Part shown: in pieces, positions 1 to 11,412 of the stretch
Layout of the letters: every line of letters begins with the position of its first letter
Numbering within the stretch: position 1 is the stretch's first letter
Assembly (NCBI RefSeq): GCF_004010195.1
Contig: NC_057755.1
Coordinates: 6,942,498 to 6,980,981, forward strand
Source: Chiloscyllium plagiosum
Taxonomy: Eukaryota
Direction of reading: 5' to 3'
DNA length: 38,484 bases
Made by a program: the position numbers and the translations under genes
Notes under the pieces: generated by a model
The model's database searches: none
Told to the model about the DNA's origin: nothing
What the model saw: only the letters and a program-made list of their open reading frames with translations

Positions 1-835
1 GGTTCCACCAACACAGCGGACTTCCCTCCCCACCCCTATATACTTTCCATGAAGACTGTTCTGTCTGCGACTACCTGGTCAGGTCCATGCCCTTGACAGT
101 CCACCCTCCCCTCCCAGCACCTACCGCTGCCACTGCAGGAATTGCATAACCTGCGTCCACATCTCCCACTCCACCTCCGTACAAAGCCCCAAATGAGCCT
201 TCCACATGAACCGAAGTTTCACCTGCACAGTTCATTTACTGTATCCGTTGCTCTCAATGCAGTCTCCTCTACATTGGGGGAGAATGGATGCCTACTCGCA
301 GAACACTTCTGAGAACATTTCTGCGACACCTGCACCAATTAACCTCTCTGCCCCATGGCTGAACATTTCAATTACCCTTCCCACTCTGCCGAGGACATGC
401 CGGTCCTTGGCCTCCTCTACCGCCACTTCCTTGCCACCCAAAACCTGGAGGACGAACTCCTCATCTTCCACCTCAGAACCTTTCAACCCCAAGGCATCAA
501 TGCGGACTGCACAGTTTTTCTCATTTCAACTCCCCCCCCCACACCTTTACCGTGTTCCAAACTTCCAGCTCAGCACCGTCCTCATGACCTGTCCCACATG
601 TCCAACTACCCGCTCGACCCTCGTCTCCAACCTATCACCTTCACCCCCACGACCATCCACCTATTGTATTCTCAGCTACATTCTCCCCAGCCCCACCCGC
701 CTCCCATTTATCTCTACAGCCTGGAGGCTCCCTACCTCATACCTGATGAATGCTTTTGCCCGAAACATCAATTTTCCTGCTCCTCGGATGCTTCCTGGCC
801 CGCTGGGCGCTTCCAGCACGACTCGAATCTTGACT
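1..835 (+). mobile_element. Penelope-like retroelement, 3' fragment (GIY-YIG endonuclease end plus terminal repeat)
   Basis: Broken frames encode C-x-x-x-x-C-x-x-C, YCIRCSQCSLLYIG, and MAEHFNYPSHS...LEDELLIFHLRTFQPQGIN. A pyrimidine-rich tail follows, with a CTGATGA...GAAA motif at 743-765. Confidence 0.85.
743..770 (+). ncRNA. Degenerate minimal hammerhead ribozyme-like motif
   Basis: CTGATGA-atgcttttgccc-GAAA-catc: core boxes intact, stem II partly eroded. Confidence 0.5.
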
Positions 836-837
836 CA

Positions 838-2945
838 ATCCTAACTAGTCTCATAGCCTGTATCTCAGTATTCTCCTCGACAACATTGTCTTTTTCTGTT
901 GTGAATACGGACAAAATAATCATTTAGCGCTTTCTCTATCTCTTCTGACTCCACACACAACCTCCCCTGACTATACTTGATTGGCCCTAACACTTACTCA
1001 CGCCATTCGATTGTTCCTGTTATACCCAATGGAAAGCCATTGGGTTTTCCTTGATCCTATCTGCCAACGAGTTGTCATGTCCCCTCCTCACTCTTCTTTG
1101 TTCTTTCTTCCGGTCTTTACTGGCTAAACAATAACTCTCAAGTTCCATATCTGAGCCTTCACGTCTCATCCAAACATAAGCCTTCTTCTTCCACTTAACA
1201 AGACATTCAACGTCCTTTGTTAACTATTGCTCCCGCGCTCAACAACTTCCTCCGACTGATGGATACATACTTATCAAGGACATGCAGTAGCTGTTCCTTG
1301 GAAAAAGCTCTGTATTTCAATTGTGCCCACCCCCTACAGTTTCCATCCCCATCTTTTGCATCCTGAATCTTGCCTAATGGCTTTGTAATTGCTTTTCCCG
1401 CAGGTATAACTCTTGCCCTACGGTATATAACTAACCCTTTCCATCACTCAAGTAACCATAAACAAATTGTGGTCACTACCACCAAAAGCTCACCTCCTTC
1501 CAAATCTAACATCTGGCCGGGTTCATTGCACAGAACCAAATCTAAAGTGGCCTCGCCCCTTAATGATTTCTCTACATACAGTGTCAAGGAAACCTCCTGT
1601 ACACATTGTGCAAAAACTGACAGATCTAAAGTACTTTAACTATGGTATTACCTGTCATAATTTAGAAAATTAAAGTCCCCATTAACAACTGGTATGTCAC
1701 TCTCGCTCCTATCGAGAATCGTCTTTTCTATCCTTTCCTCTCTAACTCTGGAACTTCTTGGAGTTCATTAGAAAACTCCCAAAAGCGTGACCTCTCCTTT
1801 CGTGTTTCTAGCCTCATTTCAGATTACCTCAGTAGACTTGTCCTCAAACGTACTTTCTCCAAATGTAACACTGTCCTTGAGTAACAATGCCAAACACCCC
1901 GTCCCCTCTTTTATCACCTTCACTGTTGTTAATGAAACATCTAAATTCCAGAACCTGCAATAACCACTCCTGGTTCTGCTTTACCTAAGTGTCCGAAAAG
2001 GCCAGAACATTGAAATTCCAGGTACCTATCCATGTTCAAAGTTCACTCACCTTATTCCGGATGTTCCTGGCATTGAAGTAGACACACTTCAAAACAATTT
2101 CGAGCTTGTCGGTGCCACCTTGCGACCTGGACAACTTAATTCGGACCTCACTACTTCCAACATCCTGTTTTCTCGTACTACAATTTGGGATTCCATTCCA
2201 ACGCTGAATTTGATAAATCAAGCCCGGAAAGCGTTACAAATTCTTTCATGCTCCCCAACGCCCCTCCCCCCCCGCCTACTGGATATTGGTACCCCTCTGG
2301 CCCAGGTGAAGACAATACCTTTTGTGGAGGTCGCACCGAGACCAGAGAGAGCACCAATTATCCAGAAGTCCAAAACCCTCCCACCAGCACCATTCCCATT
2401 GCTGTGTGTTCAAAATCCTCTCTCGCGCTGTTCCTTGCCTTGATGGCACGTGGTACGAGCAACAAACCAGAGATAACGACCGTCCTTGTCTGAGCTCTGT
2501 GCTTCCAAACTAGATCTCCGAATTTCTGCCCTAAATTCCCATCTCTCTACCTACCTGTGTTGTTGCTGCCTCTGTAGACCACGTCTTGGGTCTGTTCCCA
2601 CTCCCCCTCAAGGATCCCAAAAAGACGATCAAAGGCATCACAAACCCTGGCATCTAGGAGGCAACACATCAACCGTGAGTCTCTCTTGTTCCCACAAAAC
2701 CTTCTGCCTGTTTCCCCCTAACTGTGGATTCCACAATGACTGACGTTCTGCACCTCTTCCCCCTTCCCTTCTGAGCAACAGGGACAGACACTATGCCTGA
2801 GACTCATTGGTTCCCTCTGGTAAGCCCCCCACCCAACAGTTCGAGGAGCTGGAGTTGGGTGCACTCCCACAGATGCAGCGACATTGGTTTTGACACTTAT
2901 CTCCCACATTCAGCAGAAGGAACATTTAACTGCCCAAACCTCCAT
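838..2945 (-). mobile_element. CR1 LINE, decayed (ORF1 esterase region, APE endonuclease, linker)
   Basis: Minus-strand LKCVYFNARNIRNKVSEL (endonuclease start). Colinear with the CR1 copies at 27736-29920 and 35430-38182. Many stops. Confidence 0.85.
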
Positions 2946-4191
2946 TCCCACATCACCCAAAATTTATCCAAAAACCGTCAATTCACACGTATTATCAAAA
3001 ATACCAGTCTGTACCTCTAACTTTCCCCCTATCCATAACCTCATGTTGCCCGAAACATCGATTTTCCTGCTCCTCCTCACCTGCTGTCCAGCACTACACT
3101 CTCAAGCATAACATCACGTACTCTGCTCTCTTGCATTGCATAAGTATTTTAAACATGAAAATTGTGAATTAAAACAAGCAGTGAAGAATAGTACAAAACA
3201 AATTGATTAATTTGTCACAAAGCCATATATGTTTCAGTAATGTATTGTCATGGAATGCTGATGAAGAGGAAGTTCTGTGCATGTGTCACTGACATTGGCA
3301 GAGAAGGTCAAGAGTGTGATTTCTAAGTCACCTCAGTTAATTGCTATGGACAGGGAGTACAAGTGCAAGCAGGTTATGTTCATGGTGTGTAAGACACTAC
3401 TTCGGCCTCAGCTGGAATATAGTCTTCACTTACATCTACCGTACTGTTAAAAGGATGTGAAGCCGAAGAGGTTATTAGAAACTCCAAGAAAAGTACTAGG
3501 AGCAGGTGGAGGCCATTCAGCTCCTCGATCATGTTCCCACATTTTTAACCATGATATCTAATTCATCGCTGTCTCACTTTGCGGCCTACTCTCCTGAGCC
3601 CAGCAGCACATTCCTCACTGCAACTTCTTTCGAACCCTTCCATAAACATATTATTTGTCCCAGCGTCGACTGTGCAATGTGAGTCTGAATTAAACTGATT
3701 CATGGTTCTTTCAGGGAAGAAGTCCTTCGCATGTGGTTTTAAACTGATCCCCCACTTGTCCAGAAACTGTGGACTCTCTTCTCGACTGTGCCAGCAAGAA
3801 AATATCCAATCGACAACTACTCTGCTGATTCCGTTTAACTTTCGATATGCCTCAATTAGTTCTCCCCTCAATCTTTTAAATTCAAGAGAGTATCGGATTA
3901 AACCACTCAGTTTCGCTTCTAATGACCAAACCCTCTGGCATCAATCGAGTGAATCACTTCTGACCTGCCGCCAATGCAACGACACACTTCCTTAGGTAAG
4001 GGGTCCGAAATGTTAAGCAGTGATCCATGTGCAGTCTCTCTAATGCCTTGTATAGTTGCAGCGTCACCTCCCTATTTTGGTACTCCATCACTTTAGCAAT
4101 AAGTGAGAATTTTCCAGTTGCTTTATTGCCTGCCTGCTCGACCTGCGAGTTGGAGGTCACCAATTTGTTTACAAATGCAATCCAATTTGAA
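1390..4191. repeat. Left arm of inverted segmental duplication (partner 34293-37189)
   Basis: Reverse-complement colinearity across the CR1 5' part, a short terminal-repeat fragment (3046-3105), intervening sequence (3120-3480) and an old CR1 3' end. Confidence 0.88.
3490..4190 (-). mobile_element. Old CR1 3' fragment
   Basis: EVTLQLYKALERLHMDHC and MRGELIEAYRKLNG. CR1 3'UTR aggagcagg...ggccattcagc near 3500. Confidence 0.75.
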
Positions 4192-4195
4192 GGAC

Positions 4196-4695
4196 NNNNN
4201 NNNNNNNNNNNNNNNNNNNNNNNNNNNNNNNNNNNNNNNNNNNNNNNNNNNNNNNNNNNNNNNNNNNNNNNNNNNNNNNNNNNNNNNNNNNNNNNNNNNN
4301 NNNNNNNNNNNNNNNNNNNNNNNNNNNNNNNNNNNNNNNNNNNNNNNNNNNNNNNNNNNNNNNNNNNNNNNNNNNNNNNNNNNNNNNNNNNNNNNNNNNN
4401 NNNNNNNNNNNNNNNNNNNNNNNNNNNNNNNNNNNNNNNNNNNNNNNNNNNNNNNNNNNNNNNNNNNNNNNNNNNNNNNNNNNNNNNNNNNNNNNNNNNN
4501 NNNNNNNNNNNNNNNNNNNNNNNNNNNNNNNNNNNNNNNNNNNNNNNNNNNNNNNNNNNNNNNNNNNNNNNNNNNNNNNNNNNNNNNNNNNNNNNNNNNN
4601 NNNNNNNNNNNNNNNNNNNNNNNNNNNNNNNNNNNNNNNNNNNNNNNNNNNNNNNNNNNNNNNNNNNNNNNNNNNNNNNNNNNNNNNNNNNNNNN
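4196..4695. other. Assembly gap (500 N)
   Basis: Run of N. Confidence 1.
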
Positions 4696-5110
4696 CCATG
4701 GACATCGAGGTCCTGGGCCTCGTCCATCACCAAACCCTTGCCACCCGATGCCTGGAGGAAGAATGCCTCACAATCCGCCTTGGGACCCTGCAACCACACA
4801 TGTTCAATATGGATTTCCTTTGCACCCACATTATCCAAGTCCCAATCTTCCAACTCTTTCGCGCCCTCTTGACCTGACCATCACCTTTCCCATTGATCCG
4901 CTCCACCCTCCTCTCTGTCCTATCACCTTCACCCACAGTGACATCTACCTATCGCATTCACAGCTAACTTCCTCTGAACAACACCCTCCTCCCATTTTTC
5001 TCTCAGCCCCCTCCCTAATTTCTGATGAAACACTCATGCCCAAAATGTCGATTCTCCTGCTCCGCTGATTCTGCCTGACCTGCTGTGCTTCTCCAGCACC
5101 ACACTGTCGT
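4696..5110 (+). mobile_element. Penelope-like 3' fragment with terminal repeat
   Basis: Homologous to 395-835 (gtcctgggcctc...ctggaggaagaatgcctc...gggaccctgcaacc). CTGATGA at 5022, then ctgcctgacctgctgtgcttctccagcaccacac. Confidence 0.8.
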
Positions 5111-5112
5111 CA

Positions 5113-5340
5113 AGTGTTGAAGTGCAGTTTTTGTACTTGAACTGTGGGGAGTGTGTGGAAATAGCTGTGTTACAGGAACACATTGGACAGAGTAGATGAA
5201 AGCCGAAGTAAGTGCGGGTGCTGGCACTCAGAAACAACATCAGAAATTGTTGCAAATGCTGAGCAGCTATGTTAGCATCTGTGGAGAGAAATCGGAGATA
5301 CCCTTTCAGGTCAGATGACTCTTTCTCAAGAGGTTAAGCA
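5113..5340 (+). repeat. Diverged direct duplicate of 7108-7340
   Basis: Shared cttgaactgtggggagtgtgtgg...ctgtgttacag...tcagaaacaacatcagaaattg...tgactcttt. Confidence 0.8.
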
Positions 5341-5364
5341 ACATTTCACAGAAATTTCCCCTTT

Positions 5365-5850
5365 TGTGAAACTTGAAAGTGTTCAGAAGTCGTTTCTAAG
5401 GTTGTTGCCAGGGTTGGAGGACTTGAGCTATGGCGAGAGGCTGAATAGGCCGGGACTGTTTTCCCTGGAGGGTTGTCGGCGAAGAGATGACCTTATGGGG
5501 TTTTATAAATGATGAAGGGACATGGAGAGCGTAAATGGACAAGGTAATGTCCCTGCTATGGGAGAGTCAAGACAGGGAAGGCATAGGTTTAGGTTGAGAG
5601 GAAAACAAGTTAAAAAGTACGTCTACATTAACTTTTATCATGGAGAGATTTGCTCAGATGTGGAATGAGGAAGTGGTGGAGGCTGGTACAATGAAAACAT
5701 TTAAAGGGCATCTGGATGGATACATGAATATGAAGAGTTTTGAGATATATAGGCCATTTGCATGCCAATGTGTCAAAATTCGGGTCCTAATAACAGGTCA
5801 GCATGGACGAGTGGGACAGAAGCGTCTGTTTCGGAGACAGATATCTCCCT
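5365..5850 (+). mobile_element. CR1/HER1-type LINE 3' fragment
   Basis: KLESVQKSFLRLLPGLEDLSYGERLNRPGLFSLE and EEVVEAGTMKTFKGHLDGYM. Confidence 0.8.
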
Positions 5851-6739
5851 GTCTATCTGGGTCAGCTCGGGCATCCGTGAATATATCGACCTTGCGATTC
5901 AGCAAGTTGGATTATTGGTTCACATTTTACTGACAATATGGAAGTCATCACAATTGCACCACCCATTTCAGTCAATGGGTACCAAAACTGGATAGTTCGA
6001 CTGGAGTTGTAACTGAAAGCGTTATGTGTGGAAAGCAGACGAGATAACCACTTCAGTGCAGAACTTACGTATGGATTTGGGCAAATCCCTGAACCGCTGG
6101 TGCCTCTATTTTATTTGAAACCTCCCCTTTTGGAGCACCTCCCCTTCTTCAGTTCACTCGCTGTCCTTCCTGTAGGTTCAAATAAACCTGCTGGATATAA
6201 CTCGGCGTGGTGTGATTTTTGACTTTGTCCAGCCCAGTCCAATACCAGTAATTACATATCATGGATTTTGATTGACACGTTCTTATTGCAGCTATTTGCA
6301 AGATGGAGTTTTGTTTTAGAGAGCAGTTTGTTGTGAATTCCAGGTTGTGATTCGTGAAGAAGCCTCATTGGGCTGGCAACATTAACCGTGTTTTCTCTCG
6401 ACAGTTGCTGCTAGAGTTGTTGATTTTCACGAGCAATTTGTGCGCTCTCTGTTGTGAATGCGTTTGGAAGAGTTGAAGTGGAACTGATGAATTATTTTGT
6501 TTGATTTCAGAAAGCAACCTTTAACACAACTGCACAGAAACAAAAACATGGGAGATTGTGGAATTATTGCAGGATTACAAATGTATTGCTGCCGGTGAAT
6601 TGCAATTGCGAATGCATTGTGGCATTCGGGGGAAGCAGTGGGGAAGGAAACGTGCGCGGCAATCCATAAAAAATTTAGGAATTCAATGCAATATTCCCTT
6701 TTCATCAGTGAGTGTGACTGCTTGAGTCCAGAGCACCGA

Positions 6740-6811
6740 GCACGGATAGTTTAGTTGATAGAGGAATAGACTCCTAATCTGTGGATCCAGGATTAAGCCC
6801 CTGTGCAGGTG
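6740..6811 (+). pseudogene. tRNA-Lys(TTT)-derived pseudogene; anticodon now reads CCT
   Basis: gcacggatagtttagttgatagaggaatagactcctaatctgtggatccaggattaagcccctgtgcaggtg aligns end to end with vertebrate tRNA-Lys-TTT (GCCCGGATAGCTCAGTCGGTAGAGCATCAGACTTTTAATCTGAGGGTCCAGGGTTCAAGTCCCTGTTCGGGCG). Followed by TTTT. The TTC of the T-loop is lost and the acceptor stem is mismatched. Confidence 0.8.
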
Positions 6812-6893
6812 CAGCTTTTAAATCGGAGTTCTCAGTACTGTCTCTCAACAATCAATTCGTGACACGTTTCAACCTGATTTGTTTCAAGAATTG

Positions 6894-7092
6894 TCCATTA
6901 AAAAGCAGACTGGCTGATTTCGAACTCATTCTGATAACTTTCAATGTGACACTCCCAAAGCTTAATACGTGGATGCTGCCTGACCTGCTGTGCTGTTCCA
7001 GCAATAAAGTTTCAACTCCATTAAAAAGCAGACTGGCTGATTTCGAACTCATTCTGATAACTTTCAATGTGACACTCCCAAAGCTTAATACG
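6894..7092 (+). repeat. Perfect 76-bp direct repeat (6894-6969, 7017-7092) flanking a 47-nt Penelope-type terminal fragment
   Basis: Both copies read tccattaaaaagcagac...aaagcttaatacg. The spacer is tggatgctgcctgacctgctgtgctgttccagcaataaagtttcaac. Confidence 0.95.
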
Positions 7093-7364
7093 CTTCAATA
7101 ATTCGCCAGTGTTGACGTTGAGATTTTTTTACGCTTGAACTGTGGGGAGTGTGTGGGAATGACTGTGTTACAGAAATATACTTATCAAAGTCGATAAAAT
7201 CTGAAAGAAGTGCGAATGCTGGCAATCAGAAACAACATCAGAAATTGCTGGAAAACGCTGAGCATGTCTGGCAGCACCTGCGGAGAGGAATCGCAGCTAT
7301 ACAATCGAGTCAAGTGACTCTTTTTCAAACGTTTGACAACGTTAAAAATCACACAGTACCATGT

Positions 7365-8605
7365 TTGCCCCCCAAACTTTATTGAGTTATTTGAGAAGGT
7401 GACCAAACAGGCAGATGAGTGTAAACTGGTTGATGTGGTGTATATGGATTTCAGCAAGGCGTTCGATAATGTTCCCCACAGTGGGCTATTGGACAAAATG
7501 CGGAGGAATGGAATTGTGGGAGATAAAGCAGTTTGGATCAGTAAATGGCTTGCTGAAAGAAGGCAGAAGGTGGTGGTTGATGGGAAATGTTCATCCTGGT
7601 GTCAAGTTACCAGTGGTGTACCGCAAGGGTCAGTGTTGGATCCACTGCTGTTGGTCATTTTTATAAACGACCTTGGATGAGGACGGAGAAGGGTGGGTTA
7701 GTGAATTTGCAGATGACACTAAACTCGGTGGATTGGAGATAGAGACGAAAGATGTTGTAGGTTACAGAGAGACGTAGATAAGCTGCAGAGCTGGGCTGAG
7801 AGGTGGCAACTGGAGTTTAATAAGGACACGTGTGAGGTGATTCACTTTGGTCGGAGTAACTGGAATGCAAAGTACTGGGCTAATGGTAAGATTCTTGGTA
7901 GTGTAGATGAGCAGAGAGATCTCGGTGTCCAGGTACACAGATCCTTGAAAGTTGCCACCCAGGTTGACAGGGTTGTTAAGAAGGCATAGAGTGCTTTAGC
8001 TTTTATTAATAGAAGGAGCGAGTTCCGGAACCAGGAGGTTATGCTACAGCTGTACAAAGCTCTTGTGCGGCCGCACTTGGAGTATTGTGTGCAGTTCTGG
8101 TCACCGCATTATAAGAAGATGTGGAAGCTTTGGAAAGGATGCAGAGGAGATTTTCTAGGATGTTGCCTGGTATGGAGGGAAGGTCTTACGAGGAAAGGCT
8201 GAGGGACTTGAGGCTGTTTTTGTTAGAGAGAAGAAGGTTAAGAGGTGACTTTATAGAGACATATAAGATAATCAGAGGGTTAGATGGGGTGGACAGGGAG
8301 AACCTTTTTTCAAGAATGGTGTCAGCGAGCACGAGAGGGCATAGCTTTAAATTGAGGGGTGATAGATGTAGGGCAGATGTCAGACGTAGTTTCTTTACTC
8401 AGAGAGTAGCAAGGCTATGGAATACTTTGCCTGCAATGGTAGTAGATTCGCCAACTTTAAGTACATTTAAATCGCCATTGGACAAGCATATGGACGTACA
8501 TGGGATATCGTAGGTTAGATGGGATTCAGATGATATGACAGGTCGGCGCAACTTCGAAGGTCGAAGGGCCTGTACTGCGCTGTAATGTTCGATGTTTTAT
8601 GTTAT
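7365..8605 (+). mobile_element. CR1 LINE, 5'-truncated, relatively young (RT to 3' tail)
   Basis: VDVVYMDFSKAFDNVPH, SGVPQGSVL, FADD region and [14 protein letters not shown]. Ends gggcctgtactgcgctgtaatgttcgatgttttatgtt. Confidence 0.93.
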
Positions 8606-8610
8606 AGTAG

Positions 8611-8780
8611 AACAGGTTCATTTTGAAGCACGAGCTTTCAAACCAAGTGGTTTTCACACTGATGAAGGAGCAGCGCTCTGAAAGCTAATGCTTCCAACTG
8701 AACTTGTTGAACTTCAAACTGGCGTTGTGAGATTTTTAACTTAGTACACCCCAGTCCAACACTGGCTCCTCCAAGTCAAG
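8611..8780 (+). mobile_element. Penelope-associated terminal repeat with hammerhead-like motif and short inverted copy
   Basis: CTGATGA-aggagcagcgctct-GAAA-gcta at 8659-8687. 8611-8639 is an inverted copy of 8680-8708. A related tail lies at 6175-6262. Confidence 0.65.
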
Positions 8781-8814
8781 AGTTTGATGGAGCTTTCCTC
8801 GTATGTGCAGTTAT

Positions 8815-9285
8815 TGTTAGTAAGTTTGCAGATGACACACAAAATTAGAGATGCAGTAAACAGCGAAGAAGGTTACCTCAGAGGTCAATGGGGTGTTGAT
8901 CAAAAGTGCAAATGGGCTGAGGCGTGGCAGATGGAGTTTAATTTAGAGAAATGATGGGGTGCTGCATTTTCGCAAAGCAATTCAGAGCAGGAATTATACA
9001 TTTAATGGCAAGGTCCTGGTGAATTTCTTTAATAAAGTGACCTTGGAGTGCAGGTTCGTAGTGCCTTTAAAGTAGAGTCGCAGATTGATAGGTTAGTGAA
9101 GAAGGCTTTCCATTAGTGATCAGGACATTGAGTTTAGGAGTCGGGAGGTCATGTTGTTGCTGTGTAGAAGATTAGTTAGGCTGCTTTTGGAATATTGTGT
9201 GCGATTCTGGTCTCCTTCCTATCGGAAGGATGTTGTGAAACTTGAAAGGGTTCAGAAAAGATTCACAAGGATGTTGCCAGGTTTA
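8815..9285 (+). mobile_element. CR1 RT C-terminal fragment
   Basis: KFADDT region and LLEYCVRFWSPSYRKDVVKLERVQKRFTRMLPG. Confidence 0.85.
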
Positions 9286-11412
9286 GAGAAATCTCACAAA
9301 GTGTGTCATATGAATCTGCTCAAAAGGTATTTTAAGAGGGTAAGGCAGGCAAAGGAGATTGTATTGTTAATTCCAGCACAGAAGGAATAATCAAGATCAG
9401 AGGACTCCAAATTGGATATTCCTCTAATTAATTCGGACAATGAGGAAGTTGTCAAAATTTCGGGTAAATTATTGACAATCCTTCCAGAGGAAAATGGAAA
9501 TGACCAAAAAGTGTTATTACTATCAAATGGGGAGGACATGTGGAAAGAAGCTGGGAAGTACTAGTGTAATTATGGGTGATGTAGATATAGGAGATGCTAT
9601 TCCAATTAAACAATGTCCTTATAGGCATAACCTTCTAAAGTTGTCACAGGTTCAGAAGGAGATTGAACACATGCTCCAAGATGACATAGTTGAATTAAGT
9701 TACAGGGACTAGAGCTCACCTAGTGCAATGATGTCATAACAGTGGTTATGAGTGAACTATTGCAAATTCAATGAAGTTACAAAGACTGATGCTTACCCAT
9801 TTCCACGTTTGGAAGACTGTGTTGAGAAGTTGGGATAAGCAACTTATATTTCGATAGTCGACTTGTCTGTCAGGTACCTTCGTCTGAAAGAGCAAAGACA
9901 ATTTCAGCCTTTATATGGCTGAATGGACCCTATCAGTTGAAAGTCATGACACTTGGTATGAAAAATGCGCCAACAACATTTCGGAGCTTAAGCAATAAGG
10001 TCATTGCAAGATTACCTAATTTTATCGTATATATCGATGACCTAGTGATTTTTAGTCACACATGGAAGGAACATTTGCAACATTTATCAGACTTGTTCGA
10101 TTGACTTCAGAAGACAGCCTCGGGTGATAAACATTTGAATTTGCTAATGCCCAAGTCACCTTCCTGGGCCATGTTATTGGATATGAATGAATAGCCATCA
10201 CGGCATGGAAAAACAAAGGTAACTGCGGAGTTTCCCATATTATCGTACTACGTGTCCTGGGATTGAATGGATTTTATCGAAATTTCATTACAAGTGTTAG
10301 CCGTGTGGCTGCTGCACTCACTGAATTGCTAAAGACAGGCAAGAGATTTCAGTGAACAGCTGATTGTCAGAAGGCATTTGACAGCCTGAAATCTGTGTTA
10401 ACCCCTGCCCCAGTATTAGCCACATCTAATTATGCAACGCCATTCAAGGTGGTGATTAATGCAAATGATGTGGGTGTCGGTACTGTGCTCTTGTGGGAAG
10501 ATAACGAGAGGATAAAACAACCTATCGGATGTTTCTCCTGGAATTTGAAAATGTTTCAGTAGAAATAATTGAGAGTTCAGAAGGAGACTTTGAGCTTGGT
10601 GCGAGTGTTTCAGCTTTTCAGTGTTTATGTTATCAGTAATGAATCTCAGACAATCATATACACTGATCATAACACATTGAAGTTTGTGGAGATATAAGGA
10701 CACAATTTCCCGATTAATTAGATGGATTTTGTTGTTACAGCCATTCGACCTGTACATACGAAACCTGTACAATATGAGACCGAAGAAAAGATGACACAGG
10801 AAAATCTACAGAGGTAAATACAAAGGGAAGACCGACAGCTGTCCGGTTTTGAAATGGCATTTTTTTTTTGTTAACTGAATCGCGGGGTTGATCAGATCAG
10901 TTTATGTTTGCACAGTGGGAAGTACATAAATCAATCAGACAAAGGAGGAATATATTGTACATAATTGGTGTTTAATGTTATAATTCTTTCTTGAGTTAAA
11001 TAATACATTGTTATTTTTTCTTTAAATTGTGGGATTTGGTAGTTTGTTGTCACCCATACATTTACAGATTATGAGGCGAGGTGAGATTTTCAGTGTGTCT
11101 GGTTTAAACTTACAGAAGTGTTTACCTCGTATGGGAACAACAGCCATTCAGTTTGCAAATTTGAGTGTGACAGGATGGGAAAACATGGTTACCATAGCAT
11201 TGTCGTGACGTGAATGAGAAACAGAGGCGTTTGGTGGCAGAAGTACAGCAGACTGAAACAGAATGTAGTTGCGGATGTTTGAATATTTACAGTCAATGTA
11301 ATATGTATCTGTGGTGCAGTGTACTGGCAGGTTGAGATAATGGTGCTTTAAAATGAAACCATCAATGGACGTTGATGCTGCGTTTTAGTTCCGGGTGTGG
11401 AGGGAGGGGAGG
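9286..11412 (+). mobile_element. Gmr1-like Gypsy pol remnant (integrase tail, RT, RNase H, PPT)
   Basis: SHKVCHMNLLKRY (integrase C-terminus), then PIKQCPYR, TDAYPFPRLEDC, YIDD, and an RNase H region with YTDH. Purine tract ggagggaggggagg immediately before the LTR at 11413. Confidence 0.85.

Noticed and set aside
206..927. 212-aa and 190-aa ORFs as host genes
   Set aside because: They are a Penelope GIY-YIG remnant and off-frame readings of its pyrimidine-rich tail.
3954..5068. Long ORFs of 178-321 aa in the ORF track
   Set aside because: They run through the 500-N gap; the flanks are CR1 and Penelope fragments.
6740..6811. Functional tRNA-Arg(CCT)
   Set aside because: The acceptor stem has several mismatches, and the D-loop GG and T-loop TTC are lost.
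6894..7092. Repeat-spacer-repeat as a CRISPR-like array
   Set aside because: Only two 76-bp copies, eukaryotic context, no cas genes, and the spacer is a repeat tail found elsewhere in the window.
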